This document shows positions 1 through 8,063 of a stretch of 64,000 bases of DNA, piece by piece. Position 1 is the first letter of the stretch. Every line of letters starts with the position of its first letter. The DNA comes from SAR86 cluster bacterium AG-313-D11 (GTDB lineage Bacteria; Pseudomonadota; Gammaproteobacteria; Magnimaribacterales; D2472). The translations under genes and the position numbers were made by a program. The stretch is taken from positions 150,127-214,126 of the forward strand of contig QBVW01000001.1 in the NCBI GenBank assembly GCA_003284215.1, in the 5' to 3' direction. The notes below the pieces were generated by a model, which made no database searches, was not told the DNA's origin, and saw only the letters and a program-made list of their open reading frames with translations.

Positions 1-330
<330 letters not shown>

Positions 331-398
331 GTAACCTTAAAAAAGGTTCCATTGTTCAGGAATAACATATTTGTAGTGAAAAGAATTACATACCAGTT

Positions 399-517
399 TG
401 CCTGATGACAATAGCAGTTTGGTACCACCTGATCCCATCTCGAACTCAGAAGTGAAACGAACTCACGCCAATGGTAGTGCAAGGTCTCCTTGTGTGAGAG
501 TAGGTAATCGTCAGGCT
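399..517 (+). rRNA. rrf: 5S rRNA
   Basis: TGCCTGATGACAATAGC...CTCGAACTCAGAAGTGAAACG...GAGAGTAGGTAATCGTCAGGC aligns end to end with gammaproteobacterial 5S. Terminal helix TGCCTGA/TCAGGC. Lies ~70 nt after the 23S end. Confidence 0.95.
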
Positions 518-528
518 TTTTTCTTTGA

Positions 529-563
529 AAGGCTCTCAGATTTTTCTGAGGGCCTTTTTTTTG
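529..563 (+). terminator. Rho-independent terminator of the rRNA operon
   Basis: Hairpin GGCTCTCAG-ATTTTT-CTGAGGGCC (one mismatch) followed by a T-run, directly after 5S. Confidence 0.7.
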
Positions 564-578
564 TATTAAAATAACTAA

Positions 579-1019
579 ATGGATATATATGAAATTTCAG
601 ATCGCATGGAACTTGAAAAACTTGTGACAGATTATGCCACCGCCGTAGATACTAAAAATTTTATGGAGTTTAATAATCTTTTTACAAAAGATGCTCATAT
701 TGATTACACAGCAGTAGGCGGAATATCAGGCAATCTCCAAGAAATTATTCATTACCTAGAAACAGCATTGGATCCTTTTCCTAATTATCAGCATTTAATT
801 TCAAATATTTCTCTTACTTTAGATGGTGATTCAGCCAGCGGTAAAGTCATGTGTTTTAATCCCATGCAAGCAAAAGATAATCAAGTCTTTTTTTTGGGCA
901 TGTGGTACAACGATACCTATCAAAAAATCAATAACCAATGGTTTATTACTTCACGAGTTGAGGAAAGCTCTTGGGCACATAATGTTCCAAGTTTTATAAA
1001 TACTAACCCCCAAAAATGA
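579..1019 (+). CDS. SnoaL-like / NTF2-fold domain protein (146 aa)
   Basis: Size and N-terminal pattern (E..I..L...Y..A.D..D...F..LFT.DA..DY) recall the SnoaL_4/NTF2 superfamily. 4-nt ATGA overlap with coaE. Family call is from memory only. Confidence 0.55.
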   Translation: MDIYEISDRMELEKLVTDYATAVDTKNFMEFNNLFTKDAHIDYTAVGGISGNLQEIIHYLETALDPFPNYQHLISNISLTLDGDSASGKVMCFNPMQAKDNQVFFLGMWYNDTYQKINNQWFITSRVEESSWAHNVPSFINTNPQK

Positions 1020-1609
1020 TTATTGGACTTACTGGTGGCATTGGATCTGGGAAATCAGCTGTAGCTAATTTTTTTCAAGATGAAGGGATCACTGTTATAG
1101 ATGCAGATGAATTAGCTAGAGAGGTCATTGATAAGAATTCACCCGGTTATAAAAGCATCGTGGACTACTTTGGCTCAAAAATTATTGATTCTAACGGATT
1201 GATTGATAGAGCGTTTTTGAGAAAAGAAGCTTTCGATGATAATAAGAAAAAAAAAGTTCTAGAATCTATCATTCACCCATTAGTCAAGGATTTGATGACA
1301 AAAAGGATAGCAACCTCAAACTCCGTCTATTCAATTATCATGGTGCCCTTAATTTTTGAGACGAACAGTATGAGTAACTATAATAGAATTCTTGTCATCG
1401 ATTGTGACCCAAAGATTCAATTGGAAAGGGCAACTTTACGAGATAATAATTCAAATGAACAAATTCAAAAAATCATAGATTCTCAATGCTCAAGAGAAGA
1501 AAGGTTAAGCATTGCTAATGATGTTATTCCGAATAATGATTCTTTAGAAAATTTAAAAGTTAGATCATTAGCAATGCATAAATTTTATTTAGGCTTATCT
1601 AAAAAGTGA
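1016..1609 (+). CDS. coaE: Dephospho-CoA kinase
   Basis: N-terminal P-loop IIGLTGGIGSGKS, ~200 aa, followed by yacG as in other Gammaproteobacteria. Confidence 0.9.
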   Translation: MIIGLTGGIGSGKSAVANFFQDEGITVIDADELAREVIDKNSPGYKSIVDYFGSKIIDSNGLIDRAFLRKEAFDDNKKKKVLESIIHPLVKDLMTKRIATSNSVYSIIMVPLIFETNSMSNYNRILVIDCDPKIQLERATLRDNNSNEQIQKIIDSQCSREERLSIANDVIPNNDSLENLKVRSLAMHKFYLGLSKK

Positions 1610-1773
1610 AGAAGGATTGCCCTCAATGCAAAAAAGACGCTGATCTGAGCCCAGCTAATATTTATCGCCCTTTTTGCTCAGAGAAATGTAAATTAATTGA
1701 TTTTGGAACTTGGACCAATGAAGAGAAGCTTATAAGCAGGCCAATTGAATCAGAAGATTTCTATCAAGAGTAA
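1606..1773 (+). CDS. yacG: DNA gyrase inhibitor YacG (zinc ribbon, 55 aa); not in the supplied ORF track
   Basis: GTG at 1606 overlaps the coaE stop. Translation VKKDCPQCKKDADLSPANIYRPFCSEKCKLIDFGTWTNEE... has C-x2-C ... C-x3-C plus the conserved IDFG.W tail. coaE-yacG linkage is conserved. Confidence 0.8.
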   Translation: MKKDCPQCKKDADLSPANIYRPFCSEKCKLIDFGTWTNEEKLISRPIESEDFYQE

Positions 1774-1780
1774 GCTCAAT

Positions 1781-4498
1781 TTAAATAATTTTCCACTCAC
1801 CTGTCTCTAGCATAGGTTTCGCCTTTTTGTACTTTAATTCCTTTGTATCTTTGCCATTAGTAATTTTTACTATTTCATTTCGTTGTAACTTTGGTTCATC
1901 TATTTTGACTGTTTCAACTTTGGTTAATTTTTCTGGCTCAGGATTTGAGTCGTTACCTATGACTGGTTTAATTTGTTCTTGTTGAAGGTTCATTTCTCTA
2001 TTTTGCTGAGCCTCTCGAGATCTTGCTTCTAACTCTTGAATTTCTTCTTCACTGGCAAGTTCAATTCGAAAGAGCACTTTGATTGCCTCGCTATTAATTT
2101 CATTCAACATCACTTCAAACATTTCAAAAGCTTCACGTTTGTATTCGTTTTTGGGATTTTTTTGTGCATAGGCTCTCAAACCAACGCTTTGTCTTAAATG
2201 ATCCATTTCAGATAGATGATCTTTCCAGTGAACGTCCAAGATTTGTAGCATTACTTGCTTTTCAAGTTGAGCAAGGTTGTCTTCAATCTTGACGTACTTC
2301 TCTTTGTATTTTTTTGCTGCACTTTCAGCAATAAGATTAGCAATTGAATCTGAGGCCAGCTTCTTATCACTCCTCACTTTTGTCGCTATGTTTTCTTCAA
2401 TGAAGTAATGATCAAAAAGATATTTATCTAACTCCTCAAGTCTCCATTGACTCTCAACAGAATCCAAAGGAACAAAATCATTTGAAACTGCATGCATCTC
2501 CTCATTAATAAGATCATTGATTGCTTCTGAAATATTGTCTTCATTGAGAAGTTGATTTCTTAGTGAATAAATTGCTTGTCGCTGATCATTCGCGACGTCG
2601 TCATATTCCAATAAATTTTTTCTGATATCAAAATTTCTACTTTCTATTCTTTTTTGTGCATTCTCTATGCCACGGGAAAGCATTTTATGCTCTATGTGAT
2701 CATCACCCATTCCAATTCTTTCAAAGAGGCCTCTGCGGCTGTCGGATATAAACAATCTTAATAAGTCATCTTCCAATGATAAAAAAAACTTTGAATACCC
2801 TGGATCTCCTTGCCTCCCTGATCGACCTCTTAATTGGTTATCAATTCTTCGAGACTCATGTCTCTCAGTTCCAAGAATATGAAGACCACCAGCCTCGAGA
2901 ACTACTTTATGTCTCTTTTCCCATTCACCATCACCAATATTTTCTTTGCCTCCCAAGACAATATCAGTTCCTCTTCCTGCCATATTTGTAGCTATAGTAA
3001 CTACTCCAGGACGCCCAGCATTTGCAATAACCTCTGCTTCTTTTTCATGCTGTTTTGCATTAAGCACTTGATGTGAAATATTTTTTTTACTCAATAAGGC
3101 AGATACTATTTCTGATGATTCAACAGAGGCTGTTCCAACCAGAATTGGCGCATCTTTTTTGCGCAAAAGCTCTATTTCTTCAATCAATGCTTTAAATTTT
3201 GCATCTTGAGTAAGAAAAACCAAGTCGTCATTATCATCTCTAGCCATTGGTTTATTAGTGGGGATGATCGAAACATTTAGTCCATATATCTCAGCAAATT
3301 CAGCTGCCTCAGTATCAGCAGTACCTGTCATCCCAGAAAGTTGTTTAAAGAGTCGAAAGAAATTTTGGTATGTTGTTGATGCAAGAGTTTGGGATTCTCT
3401 TTGAATAGGCGTGTTTTCTTTGCATTCAAGAGCTTGATGGATGCCTTCGCTCATTCTTCTTCCCGGCATTGTTCTGCCAGTATGCTCATCAATTAACAGA
3501 ACTTCTTGACCTCTAACCAAGTAGTGAATATTTTTCTTAAACAAAAATGCAGCTTTTAAAGTCGCATTTACATAACGCATAATCTTTAAATTGCTAACAG
3601 AATATAAGCTATCTTCAGATTGAAGCAATCCTAGATCTTCAAGATATCTTTCAACAACCATGTATCCATCGTCGGTGAGTTCTATTGATCTATTTTTTTC
3701 GTCAATAATATAGTGACCTTTTTCATCCTCGGTAAGTGGCTCATCTTCAGTTCCCTCTCTTAATTGCTGTTTAAGATTCGGTATAATTTTTTTAATTTGA
3801 ACATAATAGTCAGCACTCTCATTTGAGGGACCAGAAATAATTAAAGGTGTTCGGGCTTCATCAATAAGGATGGAATCCACTTCATCAACAATAGCAAAAT
3901 CAAGCGAGCATTGAACTTTATCTTCTGCACGCAGAGCCATATTATCTCTTAAATAGTCAAAACCCAGCTCTCCATTAGTTGCATAGATTACATCGCATTG
4001 GTATGCAGATTTCTTCTCTTCAATTGATTGGTTTGAATATATTACTCCAACACTCAAACCAAGGCATTCATATATTGGTCTCATCCAATCGGCATCCCTC
4101 TGAGCCAGATAATCATTCACTGTTACTAATACTACTTTATTATTTTTCACTGCATTAAGGTATACGGGGAGAGTAGCAACTAGAGTTTTTCCTTCCCCAG
4201 TTTTCATTTCAGCAATATTTCCTTCTGAAAGAGCAATACCACCGAGCATCTGAGCATCAAAATGCCTTAGACCAATCGTCCTAACACTTGCCTCTCGAGT
4301 CGCTGCAAAAGCATGAGTTAATAAATTGAAGTTTATATCTTGAGAAGATTCTTTTAGTTTAATTCTAAGATTCGCCAACTCATCATCGCTAAGTTGTTGA
4401 TAATCTGATTCCAGCTCATTGATTAGATCTACAGATGTTTGCATGCGCTTTAATGCACGTTGATTACTGCTTCCAAATATTTTGGTTAAAAATGACAT
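1781..4498 (-). CDS. secA: Preprotein translocase ATPase SecA (905 aa; C-terminal zinc finger absent)
   Basis: Motifs MKTGEGKT, DEVDSILIDEARTPLIIS, TNMAGRGTDI; full-length alignment pattern to SecA. Confidence 0.97.
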   Translation of the reverse strand: MSFLTKIFGSSNQRALKRMQTSVDLINELESDYQQLSDDELANLRIKLKESSQDINFNLLTHAFAATREASVRTIGLRHFDAQMLGGIALSEGNIAEMKTGEGKTLVATLPVYLNAVKNNKVVLVTVNDYLAQRDADWMRPIYECLGLSVGVIYSNQSIEEKKSAYQCDVIYATNGELGFDYLRDNMALRAEDKVQCSLDFAIVDEVDSILIDEARTPLIISGPSNESADYYVQIKKIIPNLKQQLREGTEDEPLTEDEKGHYIIDEKNRSIELTDDGYMVVERYLEDLGLLQSEDSLYSVSNLKIMRYVNATLKAAFLFKKNIHYLVRGQEVLLIDEHTGRTMPGRRMSEGIHQALECKENTPIQRESQTLASTTYQNFFRLFKQLSGMTGTADTEAAEFAEIYGLNVSIIPTNKPMARDDNDDLVFLTQDAKFKALIEEIELLRKKDAPILVGTASVESSEIVSALLSKKNISHQVLNAKQHEKEAEVIANAGRPGVVTIATNMAGRGTDIVLGGKENIGDGEWEKRHKVVLEAGGLHILGTERHESRRIDNQLRGRSGRQGDPGYSKFFLSLEDDLLRLFISDSRRGLFERIGMGDDHIEHKMLSRGIENAQKRIESRNFDIRKNLLEYDDVANDQRQAIYSLRNQLLNEDNISEAINDLINEEMHAVSNDFVPLDSVESQWRLEELDKYLFDHYFIEENIATKVRSDKKLASDSIANLIAESAAKKYKEKYVKIEDNLAQLEKQVMLQILDVHWKDHLSEMDHLRQSVGLRAYAQKNPKNEYKREAFEMFEVMLNEINSEAIKVLFRIELASEEEIQELEARSREAQQNREMNLQQEQIKPVIGNDSNPEPEKLTKVETVKIDEPKLQRNEIVKITNGKDTKELKYKKAKPMLETGEWKII

Positions 4499-4536
4499 GA
4501 ATTTAATCGTTAATAATTATTTTGTTGTACTCAGAG

Positions 4537-5454
4537 CTATACAGCGTCCCCAAAAGGAGCTCTTGCATATGATATGGGGGCAATCGAAGAATCTTCAAAT
4601 GTGACAACTTCCCAAGCATCTTCAGATGCCAAAATTTTTCTTAATAATTCATTATTGAGTGAGTGACCTGATTTGTAACCAGAAAATTGACCAATCAGAT
4701 TATGCCCAAGAAGATATAAATCACCTATAGCGTCAAGCATTTTATGTTTCACAAATTCGTCATCGAACCTAAGACCTTCTTCATTTAAAATACCATCTTC
4801 ACCAACAGCAATTGCATTAGCCACACTTGCCCCTAAAGCAAGTCCTTGAGACTGAAGAGAATCCATGTCTTTTACTGAACCAAAAGTTCTTGCTCTGCAA
4901 ACTTCTTTTACAAAAGAGGTAGAGGAGAAATCAATAGATGATTTTTGTGCATGCTTTTGGATCGTTGGATCATCAAAGTCAATTTCAAAAGAAACTTTAA
5001 AGCCATCAAATGGTTTAATCGCTGCATATGTATCTCCTCGCTCAACTCGAACTTCTTTTTTTACTTTAATAAATTTTTTTAATTTATCTTGTATTTCTAA
5101 CCCAGCCGATTGAATTAAAAATACAAATGGGCTTGCGCTGCCATCCATAATAGGAATTTCAGGACCATCAACTTTGATGATGCAATTATCAATCCCCAAA
5201 CCTGCAATTGCAGATAGCAGATGCTCAATTGTTCCAATTTTATAACCCTCTTTAAACAGTGCAGTTGAAAGGGTTGTATCTCCAACATACTCAAATATTG
5301 CCGGAATGCTGATTTCAGGATCTAGATCTGTTCTGATAAAAGTAATGCCTGCATCTATTGGTGCGGGCACAAGCTCCAATGTCATATCTTTCCCGCTATG
5401 TAGACCAACTCCTACAGCCTTGATGGGATTTTTTATAGTTCTTTGGTTAAGCAT
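4537..5454 (-). CDS. lpxC: UDP-3-O-acyl-N-acetylglucosamine deacetylase
   Basis: 305 aa; N-terminus [29 protein letters not shown] and [10 protein letters not shown] motifs; upstream of secA as in E. coli. Confidence 0.95.
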   Translation of the reverse strand: MLNQRTIKNPIKAVGVGLHSGKDMTLELVPAPIDAGITFIRTDLDPEISIPAIFEYVGDTTLSTALFKEGYKIGTIEHLLSAIAGLGIDNCIIKVDGPEIPIMDGSASPFVFLIQSAGLEIQDKLKKFIKVKKEVRVERGDTYAAIKPFDGFKVSFEIDFDDPTIQKHAQKSSIDFSSTSFVKEVCRARTFGSVKDMDSLQSQGLALGASVANAIAVGEDGILNEEGLRFDDEFVKHKMLDAIGDLYLLGHNLIGQFSGYKSGHSLNNELLRKILASEDAWEVVTFEDSSIAPISYARAPFGDAV

Positions 5455-5500
5455 TCAAATTGTTCAAAGATTTTTTTAATTAAGCCATTGTAAATGAATT

Positions 5501-6226
5501 TTATACTAACTTCTGCCTCACAATTTCAAAAAGTATTACGCCAGTAGCAACCGATACATTTAAACTGTTAATTGATTTATTCCTTGATAAAGTACAAATT
5601 TGAGAACATTTATCTAATGTTTTTTCTCTTACGCCATCTTCTTCAGAGCCCATTATTACCAATGTAGGTTGATTAAGATCTAATTGAGTGTGCATTGTTT
5701 CAGCGTGCTCACTTGTGCCTAGAATAAGATATCCAAGCTTCTCAAAGTGTTTCATGGCATTGATTAAGTTAGTTACTGTAAAAATTTGAATTGCCTCTGC
5801 ACCACCAGCAGAAACTTGCCGAACCAATGGTGTGATTGGTGAGCAATGATGTTTGTTAATAATAACGCCAGCAACGTTGCTAGCAGCCGCAGATCTAATG
5901 CATGCTCCTAGATTACGAGGATCAATAACATTATCAATGACCAAAAATGTAGGATTATTGTGCTGAATGCTTTCCTCATATTTCTTAAGATCACTAAGCC
6001 CAAGATTAATTTCATTTTTTAGAATAGCTTCAGGGTGCTGAGTTAAACTTTTCTTTCTCTCTACTGAAACTTCAGCATTCTCAGCCATGACGATTAAATT
6101 TTGGACTCTTTTATCATTGCGATTAGCTGGCACAAATATTTTTTTGATATTTTCTGGCGAAATCTCTAGTAGAATTTCGATGCTATGAAAACCCACCCGA
6201 AGATTTGCAGAATTGTTATTCTCCAT
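5501..6226 (-). CDS. rlmB: 23S rRNA (guanosine-2'-O)-methyltransferase, SpoU/TrmH family
   Basis: 241 aa SpoU-type methylase (DNVIDPRNLGACIRSAAA, LVIMGSEEDGV). Immediately downstream of rnr with an 11-nt overlap, the conserved rnr-rlmB pair. Confidence 0.85.
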   Translation of the reverse strand: MENNNSANLRVGFHSIEILLEISPENIKKIFVPANRNDKRVQNLIVMAENAEVSVERKKSLTQHPEAILKNEINLGLSDLKKYEESIQHNNPTFLVIDNVIDPRNLGACIRSAAASNVAGVIINKHHCSPITPLVRQVSAGGAEAIQIFTVTNLINAMKHFEKLGYLILGTSEHAETMHTQLDLNQPTLVIMGSEEDGVREKTLDKCSQICTLSRNKSINSLNVSVATGVILFEIVRQKLV

Positions 6227-7691
6227 TGGAAATAACTAAATTTATTTTTCTTTCCAGCGGGAAGATAGCAGCAATTTTAACCTTAATTTTTTGCCCAAGC
6301 TTATAAATCCCTCCTCTTCTTTTTCCCTTCAGCGCATTACGATCTGATAAATAATAATATCTGTCATCAGGCAAATCAGAGACATGCAGTAGTCCCGAAA
6401 TAAAGTAAGGCTCTAAATTAATAAATAAACCAAAGTCTGTTACACCAGTGACGACCCCATTCATGGTTGATCCTATTTTTGTTTTTAGATAGGAGCAAAT
6501 CAACACTTGCTCTACTTGTCTAGATGCCTTTTCAGCTCGTCTTTCAAGCATGGAAGAGTTCTCACAATCATCTTGCAATTCATTTTGTCTAGTTTGAATT
6601 TTTTTATGTGCTAGAGATGAGTTAATCAATCTATGAACTAATAAGTCAGGATACCGTCTTATTGGTGATGTGAAATGCGAGTATTGCTTTAATTGCAATC
6701 CAAAATGCCCCAAATTATTTGTTGAATATTCTGCTCTTGCAAGAGTTTGAAGTACTAAGATTTGACCAGTATCGTCGTTATTTTTGTTAGCTTGTTTAAG
6801 ACACAAATTTATAACTTCTAGAGGGGATAGCTTTTTGACCGCTTTAGGTGGAATTTTAAAATGTTTCTTTAGTACTTCTAGCTTGCTTGCATCAGGATTT
6901 TCATGAATCCTATACACGCCAAGGTCTAGACGATCTTGCATAAATTCAGCAGCAGACTCATTAGCAAGAAGCATAGATTCTTCTACAATTTTGTGTGCAA
7001 AAAGAGATTTCTTTATGACTATATTTTTAACCTCTTTGTTTTTATTTAACTCTATGATTGCTTCTTTTGGATTAATTTCTAATGCGCTTCTTTGATTACG
7101 GAGTTTTAATCTAAGGTCGGTAAGATCTTTCAAGTGTTTTATGGAGTCACGAACACCAGCCTGCTTAAAATCGGATAACTTTTTAAGATGTTTTTCAACT
7201 TGCTTATACGTCAGCCTAGCCTTTGAATTAATAAGGCCTCCATAAAATTTATATTTATTTCTTTCACCATCTAAACCAATAGACATTTCGCATATCATTG
7301 CGCATCTATCCTCGTTAGGTCTGAGAGAGCATATCCCATTTGATAAATTCTCTGGAAGCATCGGGATAACTGTTTCTGGAAAGTAAATAGAAGTACCTCT
7401 CTTTTTAGCTTCTTTATCAATTTTTGAGCCCGGAGTTACATAGAAGGATACATCTGCAATAGCTACATAAAGTGTGAAACCATTGCTATTTTTTACACAG
7501 TAAACAGCATCATCAAAGTCTTTAGCATCCTCTCCATCAATGGTTGCAAAATTTAGCTTTCTTAAATCTTTTCTATGCTTAGCTTCCTTTTTTTTATTAG
7601 CAACAGTTTTTGCTTCATTTATAAGATCAGAATGCCATTTTGACGGAAGCTCATGCATTGAAATGGCATCTTGGATCGCTTCTTTATACAT
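6216..7691 (-). CDS. rnr: Ribonuclease R, short form (RNB + S1 only, 491 aa)
   Basis: RNB motifs FATIDGEDAKDFDDAVY, GTSIYFPETVIPMLPE, HFGL..YSHFTSPIRRYPDL; S1 domain GVVTGVTDFGLFINLE...GLLHVSDL. No cold-shock or HTH region upstream of the RNB domain. Confidence 0.85.
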   Translation of the reverse strand: MYKEAIQDAISMHELPSKWHSDLINEAKTVANKKKEAKHRKDLRKLNFATIDGEDAKDFDDAVYCVKNSNGFTLYVAIADVSFYVTPGSKIDKEAKKRGTSIYFPETVIPMLPENLSNGICSLRPNEDRCAMICEMSIGLDGERNKYKFYGGLINSKARLTYKQVEKHLKKLSDFKQAGVRDSIKHLKDLTDLRLKLRNQRSALEINPKEAIIELNKNKEVKNIVIKKSLFAHKIVEESMLLANESAAEFMQDRLDLGVYRIHENPDASKLEVLKKHFKIPPKAVKKLSPLEVINLCLKQANKNNDDTGQILVLQTLARAEYSTNNLGHFGLQLKQYSHFTSPIRRYPDLLVHRLINSSLAHKKIQTRQNELQDDCENSSMLERRAEKASRQVEQVLICSYLKTKIGSTMNGVVTGVTDFGLFINLEPYFISGLLHVSDLPDDRYYYLSDRNALKGKRRGGIYKLGQKIKVKIAAIFPLERKINLVISNGE

Positions 7692-7721
7692 TCAATTTTC
7701 GCTATTGTAATTTTTTTGTGA

Positions 7722-7730
7722 TGCTATAAT
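7722..7730 (+). promoter_or_regulatory. Possible extended -10 promoter (TGcTATAAT)
   Basis: TGCTATAAT at 7722-7730, only 8 nt before ATG 7739, implying a leaderless or near-leaderless transcript. No good -35. Confidence 0.3.
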
Positions 7731-7738
7731 ATCGCTTC

Positions 7739-8023
7739 ATGAATTTCGGACCTAAAAGCAAAAACATCTCATTTATTGGGTTATGTTTCCTTGCAAGTAT
7801 AGCACTCCATTCATTTGCACACATTGATGAGGCTCCCTTAACTGAGGGGCCTGAATTAGAGTGTCTCTCTTGCCACAATGAAGTTTCTTCAGATATAGAA
7901 GTTATTGTTTCTATTCCAAGCAAAATTTTTCCTAAACTTGTAGATGAAATTCTTCCCCTTAAAGTAAATCTACAAGAAAACAAACCTTTTAATTCTCAAG
8001 CACCGCCAAAAATTAATATTTAA
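7739..8023 (+). CDS. Small exported protein with a single CXXCH motif (94 aa)
   Basis: Sec-type signal peptide (MNFGPKSKN-ISFIGLCFLASIALHSFA/HIDE), CLSCH motif, A/T-rich third positions like neighbouring genes. 40 nt upstream of the His-rich TonB receptor. Competes with antisense ORF 7702-7983. Confidence 0.45.
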   Translation: MNFGPKSKNISFIGLCFLASIALHSFAHIDEAPLTEGPELECLSCHNEVSSDIEVIVSIPSKIFPKLVDEILPLKVNLQENKPFNSQAPPKINI

Positions 8024-8063
8024 ATCTTTTTTAAATTTTAATTTTTCTTTTTAGGAGGTTCTT

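Noticed and set aside
2776-3076. Two plus-strand ORFs inside secA. The same applies to the many 60-115-aa antisense ORFs inside tuf, rpoB, rpoC, fusA, uvrA, dnaK, dnaJ, the NSS transporter gene, rplU/rpmA/obg and dapB.
   Set aside because: All lie within strongly supported conserved genes on the opposite strand or in another frame, and have no independent signals.
7702-7983. 93-aa minus-strand ORF ending 10 nt upstream of rnr. I considered it as a detached N-terminal piece of RNase R.
   Set aside because: It has no cold-shock or HTH-like sequence, and its Ser/Arg-rich composition is typical of an antisense frame. The opposite strand encodes a protein with a proper signal peptide. It is kept only as the alternative to the CXXCH ORF.
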